From: the human T2T-CHM13v2.0 reference genome, Homo sapiens
Length of the DNA stretch: 64,000 nucleotides
NCBI RefSeq assembly: GCF_009914755.1
Contig: NC_060930.1
Reading direction: 5' to 3' (one strand)
The notes under the pieces were generated by a model. It made no database searches and was not told the origin of the DNA. It saw only the letters and a list, made by a program, of their open reading frames with translations. How positions within the stretch are numbered: the stretch's first letter is position 1; every line of letters starts with the position of its first letter. Below are positions 15,371 through 29,379 of this stretch, piece after piece. The translations under genes and the position numbers were made by a program.

Positions 15371-17154
15371 GGCCATCACCCTATTAAATTACAAGTTCTT
15401 GAAAGATCTTTACCTACTTTACCTTTGTGTCCTAAAAACTGATAAATGAATGAATGAATGCTGAATGCCAAAATAATGATTTAGACATAAACTGTATAGG
15501 AGTCCAGAGGAAACACCTATCCTGGGGAAATTTGATGAAGAAAGTGAGATTTGAGGTGGTGCTTGAAGACAGGGGAAGGCTTCCACCAGGAAAATAAAAC
15601 TAGAATGGACCCTTCCAGTGGGGAAATAACATGATCAAATGCACAGAATCAGGAATTTTTAAAGTGTACTTAAAAAAAACTCATAGAAAGATTAATGCTA
15701 AAGCTGGCATTAGTAAGATTCCTATGAGGAGGTGCAAACGAGCAGATAAAGAAATCTGGACATTTTGGTAACGTTTTCTTTGTAGACTTAATTTGAAGAA
15801 ATGATCATATAAAGCCTGTTGGTTCCTGATGATGAGGAAAGAACTATTAACACTCTGTAGCTGACTTCACACTGTGAACACTTGGCACTGAAGCTGAAAA
15901 CTAAGCTAGAATTCAGTAGGGAGGGGTAGTAAATGAAGGTCACTTCCTACACAGATCAAGCCAACCCCAGTTTTGTGTTAAAAGGCTAAATGTTTAGCTA
16001 GCAAATACAGAGCACACTTTCCTGAAAATAACAAGTTTAGTGTTGAGATGTTTACAGTTTTTCTAAAATTGCATTTTGATTTTGTAAAAACTTGATTAAA
16101 ACAAGGTCACTAGATGTCATAAAAATGACATCTAGATTTTTTTTAAATCTCACAAAATAATTATTTGAAACAAACGTGTTAGGCATTTCAAAGTAATTTT
16201 TTCTACTAAGCGAGCACCTCTACTTTATAAGTTATATAAAGAATACTATTTTGTATGAATTATTTATATAAGAATTATATGAGAATAATATTTTCCTAAG
16301 ACATACACTACAGTTTCCATCTCCACACAAAGTTTTACAGAAGTCTTCATTTTGAAGATTCAAAATATTTTAAACTGGTCAAATATTTAAAACTGTATAA
16401 ATAATTCTATAGAACAGTCAAGTTTGCTTTCAGCATGTTTCTAATACATTGCTAGTTGGCCAAAAACAAAGCAAAAAACAGAAAGCAGAAAAGGCTAACA
16501 AACTCCGTGGAGTAGATTTGAAAGTTAAAGAGGCAGAGCCATGATCTCAATTTGAGAAAGGAGGAGGTAGGATGAACATACCACTCCTAGTGGCAGCCAT
16601 TATCCAAGCAACTAATCTTGCTAATCTGTCTAGTATGTTCTATTTGTTTTGTGTTTGTTTTGATAAAGTAACAACAACAAGAAATGAGGATGGAGTTGTT
16701 TAGGTGAAATATGAAGCCTTATGGAAATAGATGCAGATTTGCTACCAGTAGCTGAATAATAGAATTGTGAACTTGTGAATTTTCTTTAGCATATTTTATA
16801 CATAGAAAATAGTCATTACATATTTAACAATTAAGGAAAACATTTCCTGCATAGCATCATACGTTATAGACATTTTCTTATAAACAACTAATCAAAACAC
16901 TATTTTGTTAGAGGCCCTGAATCCATAAAGAAAAATAAGCTTATAAAGTCTTTTGTCCTATAATCCCCTCAATGTAATGGAATCTTTTCTCTAAGTTTTC
17001 ATGGAGTGCTTCTTTTTAATTTTAAGTAACCATACATATTTTATAAGCAAACATATGCTATTTTTCCAAATCAAAAGACTTTGCAAGTTTTTCCTAGATT
17101 AAAACAACAACTCTGCCTCTCTGCACTGGCATCCATCTGTGTTGGTATGTGTTG

Positions 17155-17192
17155 TACACACACGTGCACACACACACACACACACACACACC
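17155..17192 (+). repeat. (CA)n microsatellite
   Basis: Direct reading. Confidence 0.9.
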
Positions 17193-18072
17193 ATGACACA
17201 CAGGCAGCAGAGGGAGGCTGGAAAGATCTGTGGAAGGAGAATCAGAAACCTCAGGAACCTGTTATGATTCTGTTTACCTAATTGTGAGACATGAGCAAAG
17301 TCACTTAAATTTTCCTGAACCCCAATTTTCTTTTTCATAAATTGTTTATAATAATAACATCTCTGCCTGCCTCAGCAGATCAGGGCGATACTCTAAAAAG
17401 ATGACATATAGGAAAATACTTTGTATGAAGACATGATTTTCACAAATATTTAAGTACATTTCTTATGCTGTAAAGGCTCAGTTTCAATAACAGCTATCTT
17501 TGTTAAGCAAAAGTTGAGTTATGAAACTAAAAGTACAACTTTCCAAATGATGTGGGATTTCCTGTTCTGTGTTTTACAGGGCCTTGTCCCAGATGGGCAA
17601 CTATTTATTACCATATGACCAAGCCAAGCTTTGATTACAGTTATTAGGGCATGAAAATATTGGCTAAGCCAAGGTCCCTGTTGTGAAAGATAAGGAGCAT
17701 GAAAATCTAAGAAGTCATGGGCATGATCCTTCACTCATGGGTTCTAATAGTTAAGAAGGCTGAGGGTAATTTAAAAAAAAATGAATAGAGCTAAAAATAG
17801 GAGGTTAAATATTACCTTATTGATGAACGTACCAACTAGACTTCCCTGCTGATATTAGGAGGTCATGCTGAGGCCTGGACTTTGATGCAATCGCAGGGCT
17901 GACCCAAGGCATGAGAGAAGGAAAGCAGGTTCTCCTCCCTGGGGCACCACCCGTTTGTGCTGTTGGGCTCAATTTCAGGTGCCTGCCTGCCCCACTGCCC
18001 TGGCCCAATACCTGTGTGATGCCCAAGGCCTGAGATGGAACCTCCCTCTAGAACCTTGCCCCTCTCAATGCT

Positions 18073-18855
18073 TTCAGACTTACCTTCACTCTCAAAGGGT
18101 TTCTCATGTCTGTGAAATTGCTACTTCTGGAGGCAGGCTTCCTGTGCTTCCTGTAGGTGACAGTCAATTGATCAATTGAATCCAAGGGTCTGACACTGAA
18201 ATGACCACCAGGGCCAGGCAGAAAAAGTAAACAGTAAAATGGGCCAGGTGGGTTCTGTCACCATGGAGAGTGCCTGAACCATTGCATGGGAACAACGACC
18301 TCTGAGCTTCAGCTAGGTGTGACCTTATAGAAATAGAGATCCCAGTGTGGCTAGAAATTTTCATGAAAAACTGGAAATCTAAATTTTTATTTAAGATCTT
18401 GACTTTACATGTGTTGCCAACTAAATCAAAGTTATGTTCTTAGTTTTTAAATATGAGTTTGTTTTAAACTGGAAGTAGACAAAATAAAACATATCAACAG
18501 GTCATATTCAGCCAACAGGCAGCCACATTTTCTCCTCTTATTTAATGGGTGCAAAAGGGAGAAATGCTAAAGGAGGACAGAGTCCTCCTTGCCCCACCAG
18601 TTAACACATATGCCTTATAGGAACAGCCTGTTGGTGCCCCATTTTTCTTTGTTGTAAATCAAAAGGATCCAAGGATCCAAGAGTCTCACGCTGAAATGAC
18701 TACACACTGCCTGACCCCTGCAGTCATGTCAGTGGGAGACCCTTGGATTCAAACCATCAGTCGACTGTTACCTGTAGGAGGCACAGGAAACTTGCACCCA
18801 GAAGCAGCAATTTCACTGACATGAGAAACCCTTTGAGAGTGAAGGGAAGTTTGAA
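18073..18855. repeat. 133-bp inverted repeat (18073-18205 / 18723-18855), ~85% identity, 517-bp spacer
   Basis: Ungapped manual alignment 113/133. Confidence 0.9.
18300..18528 (+). mobile_element. MER102-like hAT-Charlie fragment in the inverted-repeat spacer
   Basis: cccagtgtggctaga..actggaaatctaaatttttat..tgttgccaactaaatcaaa..aaaacatatc..caggcagcca. Confidence 0.55.
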
Positions 18856-19706
18856 TCTAGTTCAGACTAGATTGGAGGAAAAGGTGATGCATGGCACCTG
18901 TGCAGAGGAGGAAAAATTGCTGGAACTGGGTCCTAAAAACTCCCTCTCATCTGCAATACGGACAAATCCAGCTAACCCTGCCCTGAAATGTTCTTTTGCA
19001 CTGTAGCAACAGCAGACACCTATTGGTGCCCCACGGATGCTTCCAGTCCCTCCCCCAGGCATTCTGACAGTCTAGAGTCTCCAGTGAAGGGAGAAGAATG
19101 TACACCAGAGGGCAGGAAGTCGACACACAAGCCCAATGCCCAGATGAGGAAGTCATTTGCCCAGATAGGTCATTTGGCAAGTTGCTAACAAAAGATCGAC
19201 ACAGAGTTCATTTCCACTTAATCCAAAAGATTGTCACTAATTCAGAGAATCCTGTTTACCCTAGGAGGGACTTGGAGATCATCTTCCCTTGCCTCCCCAT
19301 TTTTCAGATGGGAAGATCAATGCCTACAGAGTCTTCTAAACTCAGCAATATCAATATCACCTGCATTGCTTACTGTTCAGGACCAATGCATCGGGAAAAT
19401 GTTTTCCTACCACCTAGCCTCCTCTATGTAAGTGCAGTTTGCTATACACGGCAGACCAGGCACTTCTCAGAAATGGGAAGGTCAAGTGATATTATCAGTG
19501 GTCAATATATCACTCTATTGCTGACTATAATATGAACACCCAATAATTGTCTCCATTTCAACCAGGAAACTGGTTGGGTGTGACAAATGTGCCCTTGTTA
19601 CTCCAGAGGTCTCTGAAAAGCTTTGCTCTGCCATTCATGGCTTTTGAAAACCAGAAAATGACTCAGTTGGATTTGATTTAATTACCTTACAGAAACCACC
19701 TTTGAG

Positions 19707-20094
<388 letters not shown>

Positions 20095-21414
20095 CTAAAG
20101 AGAGCCAGTCTGTCTGTGACCACGGAGAAAGCAAGGTCTAAAGTTCAGGGACCAGTTCATGAGATCTGCCTGGCAGTGCTGCTGCGGCTGGGGAAGGAGC
20201 CACTCTTCTTATGTAATGGGAAGGAGGCTTACAACACAGGCCACCAGGAGTGGCTCCCAGTGAAAGCGACCTGTGCTCTACAGTGGCTGTCTGCCATGGG
20301 AACTGGTTTCACAGTCAGGTCCTGCTGTGTTGGCATCACGTTTCACGAGGAGGGCTTTAGAGATCTTTCATTATTATTCCAGAAAGAAAGATTATTAATC
20401 AGGTCAGCACCAGTCCTCCCATTTAATCAGTGGAGAAACTGGGGTGAGCATTTGCCAGTTCTAGCTGCATTCTAAGGTGAGTGACTTTGAAGCATCCTGC
20501 CTGGGATGCTGCGGCCCAGCCCCCTGGGCCCAGCCAGGGTCCCCTAAATTGTGGCGAATGGTCAAATGTAAGAAGTGAGGGAGACACTCTAGATCTGGAA
20601 GGAATTCATCTTCTGGTTTCAGGGATTTTTTTTTTTTTTTTTTTTTGGTGCTGGGAAAAGGGAAGGGAACTGGGGTGGTCTCTACTGTTTCCGAAATGTA
20701 GATTTTTTTTTACCTTAAATTGTGTCAACCCAGAATATTTTTGCATTTTTAAAAATTATCATGGGACTATATTCTGCATTATGAACAATTTCCAAGTGTG
20801 ACTTCAACTGGAAACTTTATTAGCTCATTCAGGCATGACTCGTGTCACTTAGCAAACTGCTGCTTCAGTGAAGGAAATAAATGTACTTTCAGGGGTGCAC
20901 TGCGTCTGACACGCAGAGGAGTTCTTAATTCTGCCCACAAGGAACCGGCCTATTACCTATTATCACATGCTTAAAAGGAAGGTAGCAACTATTCAAGTCA
21001 AGTTTTGCAGTGAGGAAAAATAAAATGTGACTTGCCCTGTAGAATAAAACTATTCACATTTGTATAATAGACATTTAAAAAGCATTTTCACATAGCACAA
21101 ACATAATACCAAGCATAATTTTTTTTAAAAAAGCATTTACTTAACATCAACTAAAGTAAAATATTTGCTTAATCTAAAAAAGCATTTTTATATATAGCTA
21201 ATGTAATCCTCACAACCATCCTTGTTTTATAGATGAAGCACCCTAGGCTCTGGGGTGTAAAGTAACTTGCCCATAGCTTCTCATATGCTCATGTCAGAGC
21301 CTGAACAGTCCTCAACTCCAGTGCTCCTTCCTCCTCACCTCCACTTCCCCAATTAAAGAGGGAGTCAGGCTTTTTCCAACTAGTACTCATCTCTAATTAT
21401 GAGACAAAATGCCT

Positions 21415-22140
21415 TCATCCCCCTTTCCCAAACAAGATCTTCCCCTGCTCTGAATTTTTGGTGAAATAATAATTCCATGATGATACATCTTCTTCCTTCA
21501 CTACTCTCTCCCCAACCAAGTACAGTGCCTGTCTCCTATTGCAATGGACATTTGTGAAAGGAAGGATAGGAGAGAGGAAAGCAAAAAGAGGGTCAGGCAG
21601 GAAGGGAAGACTCAGAAAATTCATCTTTTCTCATTACCCCAGCAACTAACCAACCCTAAGTGTTTTGAAGCACTTAATAGGTGCTCTGTATTCCGCTAGG
21701 ATATAAGAGAGGTGTCAGTCAGGGATCCCACCCTAAGGAAAATTATAATACAGCAAAAAGATAACAAAAAATGGATCAAGTAGAGAAGAAAACAATGTGA
21801 GACAGACCATTCAATGGGGAGATGAGAGCTGGAGAGAGGAGAACAGGGAGCCAGGGGAAGGCTCTGCAGGGGAGGGGCTCTGGGGCAGCATGAGGCTGCC
21901 TGAGGTCCTGCCTAGGGCACCGAAGAAAGCGCAGGAGTGCAGGCTGACACAGGATCAACTTGATTCCTTGTGTTTTACGTGCTCTACGTGAGAAAGGCTG
22001 AGAACCCCAGAAGGTGACACTGGCTACTCTGTAGGCATGAAGTGACTCCGTGAGTCATTGCCAGAATGTCAAAGGGATTTCTTAGTCAGGAAACAGTCTC
22101 TGCCTTGGTGTTGATCAACAACTTAGACAAACAGAAGTCT
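21415..22140 (-). pseudogene. RNF213-like extreme C-terminal remnants
   Basis: KLLINTKAETVS*LRNPFD~QFLSAHKSEQLLRLHKEPFG (22124-22068); SAFLT*ST~STFLNQTG; last block ~21540-21415 LVWE~SVWK after a pyrimidine-rich acceptor. Confidence 0.6.
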
Positions 22141-23549
22141 AAAGAGCAAACAGGCCAGCACAGAACCCCGGCCCCTCGGACCAGGCCATGCCCCACTTAC
22201 TGTAAATGCCCTTGGCCACACCCAGCCTCTCACCAGTGCAGTGAAGCCTGAGACTCCTGGACCTACGACTCTGCTCTTTGCCCAGCATTTCACTCAAGGG
22301 GAATTGACTGACACTGATCCAAAGCACAATGCACACACTAAGATATGTTCAAATAATAATAGTAACTTGCGGAGTGGATTTGTCACTTCCAGGTAAAATA
22401 TACAAAAAGCTCCATCCACGACACACTGCGTAATTCCCATTAGGCAGAATATGACAGACATAACTTGAAATTAAAAATGACATTCTGCATTGGAGGAAAG
22501 GTAGCTTTCATGATTTAGACAGAAACAGTTTTAACAGATAATGTTTACCTCCTGTTGGACAAACTTGTGACCTTGAGTAAATGACTTAGTATTTTTGGCC
22601 TCAATTTTCTCATGAGTGTAATGCTTAAGCGGGGGGTAGGAATAATCTCTACACTTCCCTTACAGCTTTGAGATTCAGTGAATCTAATCTCTGTATATCC
22701 CTGAAGTAGAAAACAACACTAAAAGGCCTGTAATCTACTCATAAAGAGCATTCAGGTCCCTGAATATTTGGAATGACCAGTAAAGCAACATCAGCCTGCT
22801 TCTCAGAACTCTCAAATGGTAGACCATAATCTCTTTCCTTATAACTGAGATCAATCAAAAGACCTGGAGATCTGGCAATACTACAGGAGGGTTATTTTAG
22901 TAGTGTTTGTTTTCTTGAAGTATTATCAAGTCATTTTTGCCCTAAAAAAAAAATCGCCAAATAATTCTGCAACCAAACATTCAAAGTATTGGCAAAGAAA
23001 GAGATAGAGAGAGACAGAGAGAGAGACCCAGTCCTTAAACTGGAAGACAGATTTTAAGTCCACTTATTACTCAGATGACCTTTGATTCTCAATCTTCAGG
23101 ACCTCAAAAGCCTTCCTCTCTTAAAAGGGGGAAGGAGGCAAGAAGAATGCCTTCCATGTCTAGCTCACAGGTTTGCCTGAGGGACACAGGAGATAGTTGG
23201 TGTAAAAGTGCTTCATAAAACTTAATGTGTTCTACAAATGAAAGGGATCATATTTTTTATTGCAAACCATTGTTGTTGTGACTGGAGGAAGCTGGATATA
23301 TAAGCACAGTAATCGCTTAAACATGTGTTATAAACTTAAGCCTGAAAGTTAATGCCTTTAGCAAAGGAAACATTATTTTTATTATTACCATTATGGAGAG
23401 GACAAAGAGAATTCAGTGTTAATCTGAAGGAAACTCACCAGTGGGAGCTCCACCCTGAAAGGATTATTAAACTTGTGACAACACAGGTAACCAGACAACT
23501 AGAGCACCTCCTACTTTGAAGCAACACTGGTGATGATGGCATAACTCAC

Positions 23550-24000
23550 CCTTTCCTTAGTATCGGGTGCAACTGGCACCAAGAACAACACCCATGCCCA
23601 GGTGACAACTGCGCCAATATGGGTCAGCATCTCACCTCCTCATCAAGAGTGAGCCCAGGACAGAGACCTGGAATGCCGGGGTGAAATCTCTACCTGAGGG
23701 GTCTTAGTCGCCCAAGGAGATCTACAGAAGAGCTGAATTCAACAGCTATCTGCTATCCCAGGCCAGACAGCTTTTCCACACAGAAACGAATACCTCTCTC
23801 ATCTGAATTGGAATACTCATGACAAGTAGCCAGAAGAGTCATCGGTTAAAAACAAGGGTTGGGCTGGGTTTCTCTTGACTTTCTGCATGTCTTGCAGGGC
23901 AGAACTTTTCCTGAAAATCCCGATGTTCAGATGTTTACAATTACAGGCAATGAGGCTCAAAGAGCCAGCCTCATGGATCACTTGTGTTTTATTTTTGGTT
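23550..24000 (-). pseudogene. RNF213-like C-terminal-domain exon remnant
   Basis: FLTDDSSGYLS*VFQFR*E/VFVSVWK~FLSKHSSDGLRQLLHNRITVFLSTWN; LTLDEE..PGHGCCS~LDLDTE..RRGLGLCA; donor AGG|gtgagt at 23549. Confidence 0.75.
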
Positions 24001-24912
24001 TTGTTTTCATTAGATGCAACACTGAGCTGAGCCTTGAGCCTTCCAGGGAGTTGCACAACCTCAGCTTTTAGAGATTGTGTTTCATGGTCACGGAAAAAAA
24101 AATAATTGGATTTAATAGGTTTTCACAATCATATTATCTGCTTAACCTTCCAAGATCATTACTCACTTAATTGTTAAGCCCCAAGGAAAGATCATAGGGT
24201 AGGGGTTATGCTAGTCAGTCATTACAATTTGAGAGAAAAGCAGATTCTTCACGACTGATGTAAAATCTGAATGTAATATCAAACGTTTTAAGTGTTCTGA
24301 TTTAAACCCCTTATATTTGAAAGAATTGGGCTCCTTTGATACTTGTTCTCATTACAGAATGAAAACTTGCATGTTATATATGATGCTTATGTATTTGCAC
24401 ATAAATATATATTTACATGTGATATCGATATATCCGCTTATGCATAGATTATATAGGTCTAAATGGACAAAATACAATTCTCAAGCTGTGGGTGACAGGC
24501 TTTTTGTCTGTTACTCTGTTGCGTACCTTTGCACGCTCATCCCTTATAGGAAAGGAACTACAGCTAGGGATTTGAGGGTCATTAGAACATTGTGCCCACC
24601 CCCCAGGGTGGATAGCACACAGGACACATAGTATATATAGGATAAGGATGCTTCAGTCCTGTAGGGAGTAAATTCTTTCCTTAGCTCTTACAATACCACA
24701 ACAGGTCAATCAGGTTGTAAGAAGCTTTAATTAGCTGTTCTACAAATTAGAGCATTCTTCAAGCTCAAAAAGATGTTTTCCATCTTGACACCATCTAAAG
24801 GAAAATCTTGAACAAAAGACTCACTCTCAATCTGGTTCATATTCTGTCATTTACTTCTATGGGATTAAAGCAAAACAAAAGCACTTTTTTTAAACTCTCT
24901 ATACAGAGTGTA

Positions 24913-25810
24913 CTATAATTGGATTCCTTGTTCCTCTTCCAAGCCAAGGCATTGGATCTGCATTGTTTCTGCCAAGTTTTTTCTCCACGCTGCAATGTCC
25001 TTGTTTGTGTTCTCTCCCAGTGTTCCAGGTTCTACTGTCAACCCAGGCTCAGGCTGTCCCACATCCTCCCACAGAGGTCTTGCTTTGTTTTGAGAAATGC
25101 TCAACAGAAGGAGGAAGTCCAGCATATCCACGGTGCAACTGAAATGCCACCCTAGGAAGACTAAGGCCTCATGGTGGGTGACAGCTGAGGTGACAGCTGA
25201 AGATGAGGCTGGCTGAGGGAGGACAATCCCACCAAAGTATAGCGGACACCAGCAGCCTCTCTAGGCTCCCAACAGTCCTAAGGCTGAAGAGACTGTGAGC
25301 AGGTCTGCACAAAGCCTACAAGCAAAGAAAGTCATAAGCCTTAGGTTTCCCTGCAATGACTTTCTGCAGTAGGTGGAGGAAGGGAAGAAAAAACCTATCT
25401 CCATGGAAAAACCACCTTATAAGTCTTTCTATAAATTGCAGTAGAACAAAGGAAAAGTATATGCTCCTGATTAACCATTTCTTTCAGAGGGATGTGGAAG
25501 AGTAGGAAACAGTATTGTAATAAAATCAAAACCTTATTTATTCTGCAAAGGTTACAAATCCATTTGACATTAGATAATTCCTTAATGAGGTGGTCAAAAC
25601 AAAAACAAGTTGGTTAAATTACTGTTCTAATTTTCAAAAGAATGCTTTCAGTGAAAAGATTTCTTTATGAACACATAATGAGGTTGGTGTTTTGTTACTT
25701 GGTTAATACAACTGAAAGAGCACACCAGAAGATTCTGTACACCCACATCAATGGTCGCTGCAATGGCCCAGGATGACCACAGTGTGTTCCAATCATCATC
25801 TCCTCCCTAC
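24913..25810 (-). pseudogene. RNF213-like post-RZ remnants (two blocks)
   Basis: GH(I)LG~GHVLG with a 2-nt deletion (~25770); exon 24913-25151 with acceptor tcttcctAG and TNKDIAAWRKNLA~TKEMRNNWEKEIA. Confidence 0.5.
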
Positions 25811-26229
25811 CCAACTCCACTCTCCTGACTCTGGGCTATGGCCAATACTGGCCTAGTTGACTTTCTTTGTCTCCTTTCCAAAAGCAACCGACTCTTCTCA
25901 GTGTGCCTCCCAGAGCATCATTCCAAGTATCACTCCTGATCCTCTCATCAGTGTCCCAGTAACAGAGTCACAACCAAGAGATCTCATCAGGACTATCTGC
26001 TCCAGGGGATAGGCCAGGCTGAGCTTGGCAGACACACCATATAGAGGCCTGGAGCTTCAGGGGCTTCTAGAACCACTCTCGCTTCCTGAGGCCCCCCCAA
26101 GAGGGGAACACTTTTCATCTCTGTACCCACCACCTTCATTCACATTCACATGAAATGTTTTGGAACCATTTAACTTCTACTCCCCCAGCCAGCACCTAAG
26201 CGAGATGAAAATTGACTTTAATAACATGG

Positions 26230-26800
26230 GCATTCATTTAAAAAAAAAATCTATTGAGAACCTACTCTGAAAAGCACTGTGCTAGGTGCTAAGGATACAG
26301 AAATGAAAAGACAAGTAGATCAAGGTGGTGGGTGTTAACAATAGTCACTAAGGTCATGCCAGTTCCTTTGTTCTGACTCTGATCATTACTAAACTCTTAG
26401 TTTCATATGGGCTTTAAAACACTTAGACAGCCTGATCTCACTTGATCTTCATGACAATCTTGTCGGAAAAGGATTGTTCATTGGTAGATGAAGAAACTGA
26501 AGCTTAAGAGGTAGTGAGTGATTTAACCCCAAGTCACATAGCTAGTAAGTGCTAAGATCGGGAATGATACTTGAAATTTATAACTATAAATCCACTGCTT
26601 GCTGCGTGCATCATCCAGCCTCTTCAGGGTCAAGGTGAGAAGTATTTTTCCAAGAAATATTCTGGCAGTAACAGCAACAAACAAGTCTTGAACACCTACC
26701 ATATGCAAAACCTGTCCTGACCTCTGGGAAGAAGATGTCACAATACAAAGATGAATGCAATATTGTCCCTACTCATGGGAGTTAAGTGTAGGTGAGAAAA
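26230..26800 (-). mobile_element. L2 3'-end and MIR fragments
   Basis: tattgagaacctactctg..gcactgtgctaggtgct (L2) and agatgaagaaactgaagcttaagagg..gtcacatagctagtaagtg (MIR). Confidence 0.6.
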
Positions 26801-27239
26801 GTCACTGGCTGTGAACAACTAATTCAAGAAGTTAATGATTTGGTGGAAAGGGAAAGAGAAAGTATTGTGTGGAGGTCGGAACCTAAAGGATCCAGACTGA
26901 ACTCTGGCATTATGTTTGGGAGCTGCTATCTTTACAGCTCATCCCAACTACTCTCAGGCCAAAAAACAGGAAGCAAATATACAGTTTTCCATGCAGACTT
27001 TTCTACAGTAGAGAAAGTGTGCAGTCCCGCCGACACACATAATCTGACTTCTAAGAATTACCTCCTAAATTAATAAGTTAAAACAGTATTTTAACAACAG
27101 TGAAAAAAAATTCCTTGAAATTTGGCAACTGTGCATGAGTCCTCAAGAACCTAAAGACTTCCAGAGAACTGAAAAAGTGAAGTGTTTTTACCTATAAAGC
27201 TAAAAAGCGGACTTTGGACCATCATGATCATCTGTGAAA

Positions 27240-27600
27240 TTCTACATAAAATAGTCACCTCATCTCACTTTGGACATCTATTTAGCTTTGAAACTTCACA
27301 GAGGGAAGCAGGACAAACTGAGGTTGCTGCCATTTCTTCTGGAGGATTAGGAAGAATTCAATGAGAGTTGGCATTGGCCATCCTGGATGGCTGAGAAAGT
27401 TCTGCTCACAGCCAGTGGCAGCAACTCTGGCAAGAAAAGAGCTCTGGGGCAAGTTAAATGCTCCTTAACACAGGAATATCAGGATAACTGCTGTGCCAGG
27501 AGGAGGGTCAAAATGCATTCCCCTCGTATGGGATTAGATTGTGCTGCTTCTGCAGACAACCAATGCTTTCCTTATGTAGGAATATTGTCCCTGTGAAAAC
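27240..27600 (-). pseudogene. RNF213-like pre-RZ / RZ-finger start remnant
   Basis: GQYSYIRKAL~DEYKALRDAV; ARVAATGCEQNFL~HAAAVLLCGQNELL; PSRMANA..ILPNPPEE~PATMAHAFLPTMPED; then in-frame RCPK*D~TCPNGH (27276-27262). Confidence 0.7.
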
Positions 27601-28189
27601 TCAGCCATGCTGTTCTGTTCCCTGCTTGAAAGGCCAAACAGGAAATGGGGCGTCCCACCGACTCAGAGCCCACCCTGACCCCTCCCGGCTGTGAAACCCA
27701 GATGAAGCCTCCATTAGTGTCTGGCATATGCTGAAGACAATGGAGTGGCAAGGTACCTGAAGACAGGTGCTGTACTTCCTACAGGGGAGGAAGCTAGAAC
27801 CTAGATCCTGGGAGGCTTGAAAAGGGGAACAGTGGGAGGAGAAAGAAGACTGAGGAGAGGGAGTGGAAGAGAGGAGGAGATGTGTGACAACCACTTTTGG
27901 AAAGCGTCTTACCCTTGTGCAGTAGAGGGATCAGGATGTTTCTGATCCTGTTCTGCTGCCCTGCTCTGCTAGGTGTACTAGATCTTTGAGTAAAGAACTG
28001 TGCTTACCTGTTTCTCTGTTCAGAGGTGTAAAAAAGGAGTCAATTTTCCCTACGGAATATCAGGAGTATCATCATTGGCTATTAGTCTTTGGTTTATTTT
28101 TAAGCTACCCAGGATTCATTTAAGGCATTTATTTTATGCTTAAATTAATCATAGTTACCTTCTGTTGCTTGCAACCAAAGGATTCTAGC

Positions 28190-28700
28190 TAGTCTCTCCC
28201 TAACTTTTCCAACATTACACTTCTAAACTCACCTAGATCAGCATCTACATTCTTCTTGCCTTCTTGTTACAGTGAAAGGAACATCCTCTCTCAATTCCTT
28301 GATGGACTCTAGCCCCTACCTACTTCCACACTTTCAGGAACCCCATTCCTTGGGTTACCTTCTCTTTTCTGCATCATCAGTCTCTCACTGCCTCCTAGAT
28401 CACCCCCACCCCTTGCTCCTACATTCTCCATAATCACCACTTCTTCTCTCTACTTCGCTTAATAGCCACTCTTCTGTAGAGAGATGTCTAGACGTGCTGC
28501 TTCCACTTCCTCACTTCCCAAGTCTCTCTTCAACCCACTCTTGTCTGGTTTTTACCTATAACATGCCACTGACACTGAAACCACTCTCATGAGTTTACTA
28601 GTGGCCTCCACACTGCCAAGTCCTTTGGATATTTTCCTGTTCTTGTCTTATGAGGCTTTCTGGTGGTACTGACCTAGGTGGCCACCCACTCCATCTTGAG
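28190..28700 (+). mobile_element. L2 fragment
   Basis: ccacttcctcacttccca..tctcttcaacccactc..ctgaaaccactctc..ctccacactgccaa. Confidence 0.65.
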
Positions 28701-29379
28701 GGCTCTCCTTGACTCATGAGCAGGCTGATCTTGCTGAGAACAGCAGCCATGGGAGCTGTGAGAGCTGGGGAGCCAAGAGACTCAATGGAGGGAGGATAGA
28801 ACCTCATCCCGTTCTTAGAGAGCAGAATGTGTGGTCTTGTTGAATATTTCAGATCGTTGCACCTCCCTAAGTAAAATCTTTCATTGACATCCCACTATTT
28901 GGAGTAAAATCCATATCCTTTAAAATGCCCTCAAGGAAAACCCCAAGGAAACTGGCCCTACCAACACCCCCAACGTCAAAAGTATTCTCTTGACTTAACC
29001 AACATCTCACATATTCGTTTTAAAACAGGAAGAGGTGCTTAAGAGTTGTTTTCTTCTGGGATTTTTCTTTTCTTTTCTTTTCTTTTTTTGAGCTATATAA
29101 AGCCATTGTAGTACTTAAAATAGAAAGCAAGGGACAGAAATTTTATCAGCAATTGAATCAAACAAATATTTATTCAGAACTGTCTATCACTACCAAAGAG
29201 ATTTGGGACAGTGTAGGTCCATTCCCATCCCGGGAGTTTGCTGGTCTTTCAAGCAAACAAAACCATAACTACCTTCTTATTACTCAGTGCTTTTTTTGGT
29301 ATTGTCTCACTATCCACAGTCACCACAACCAAAGATAACACAGAAAGCCTGTCCTGACTTGTAATATATTGGGTAGACG

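Noticed and set aside
22750-22880. Possible CTD exon remnant (KEIMVYH/FESSEKQ)
   Set aside because: Needs several frameshifts to align; not supportable alone
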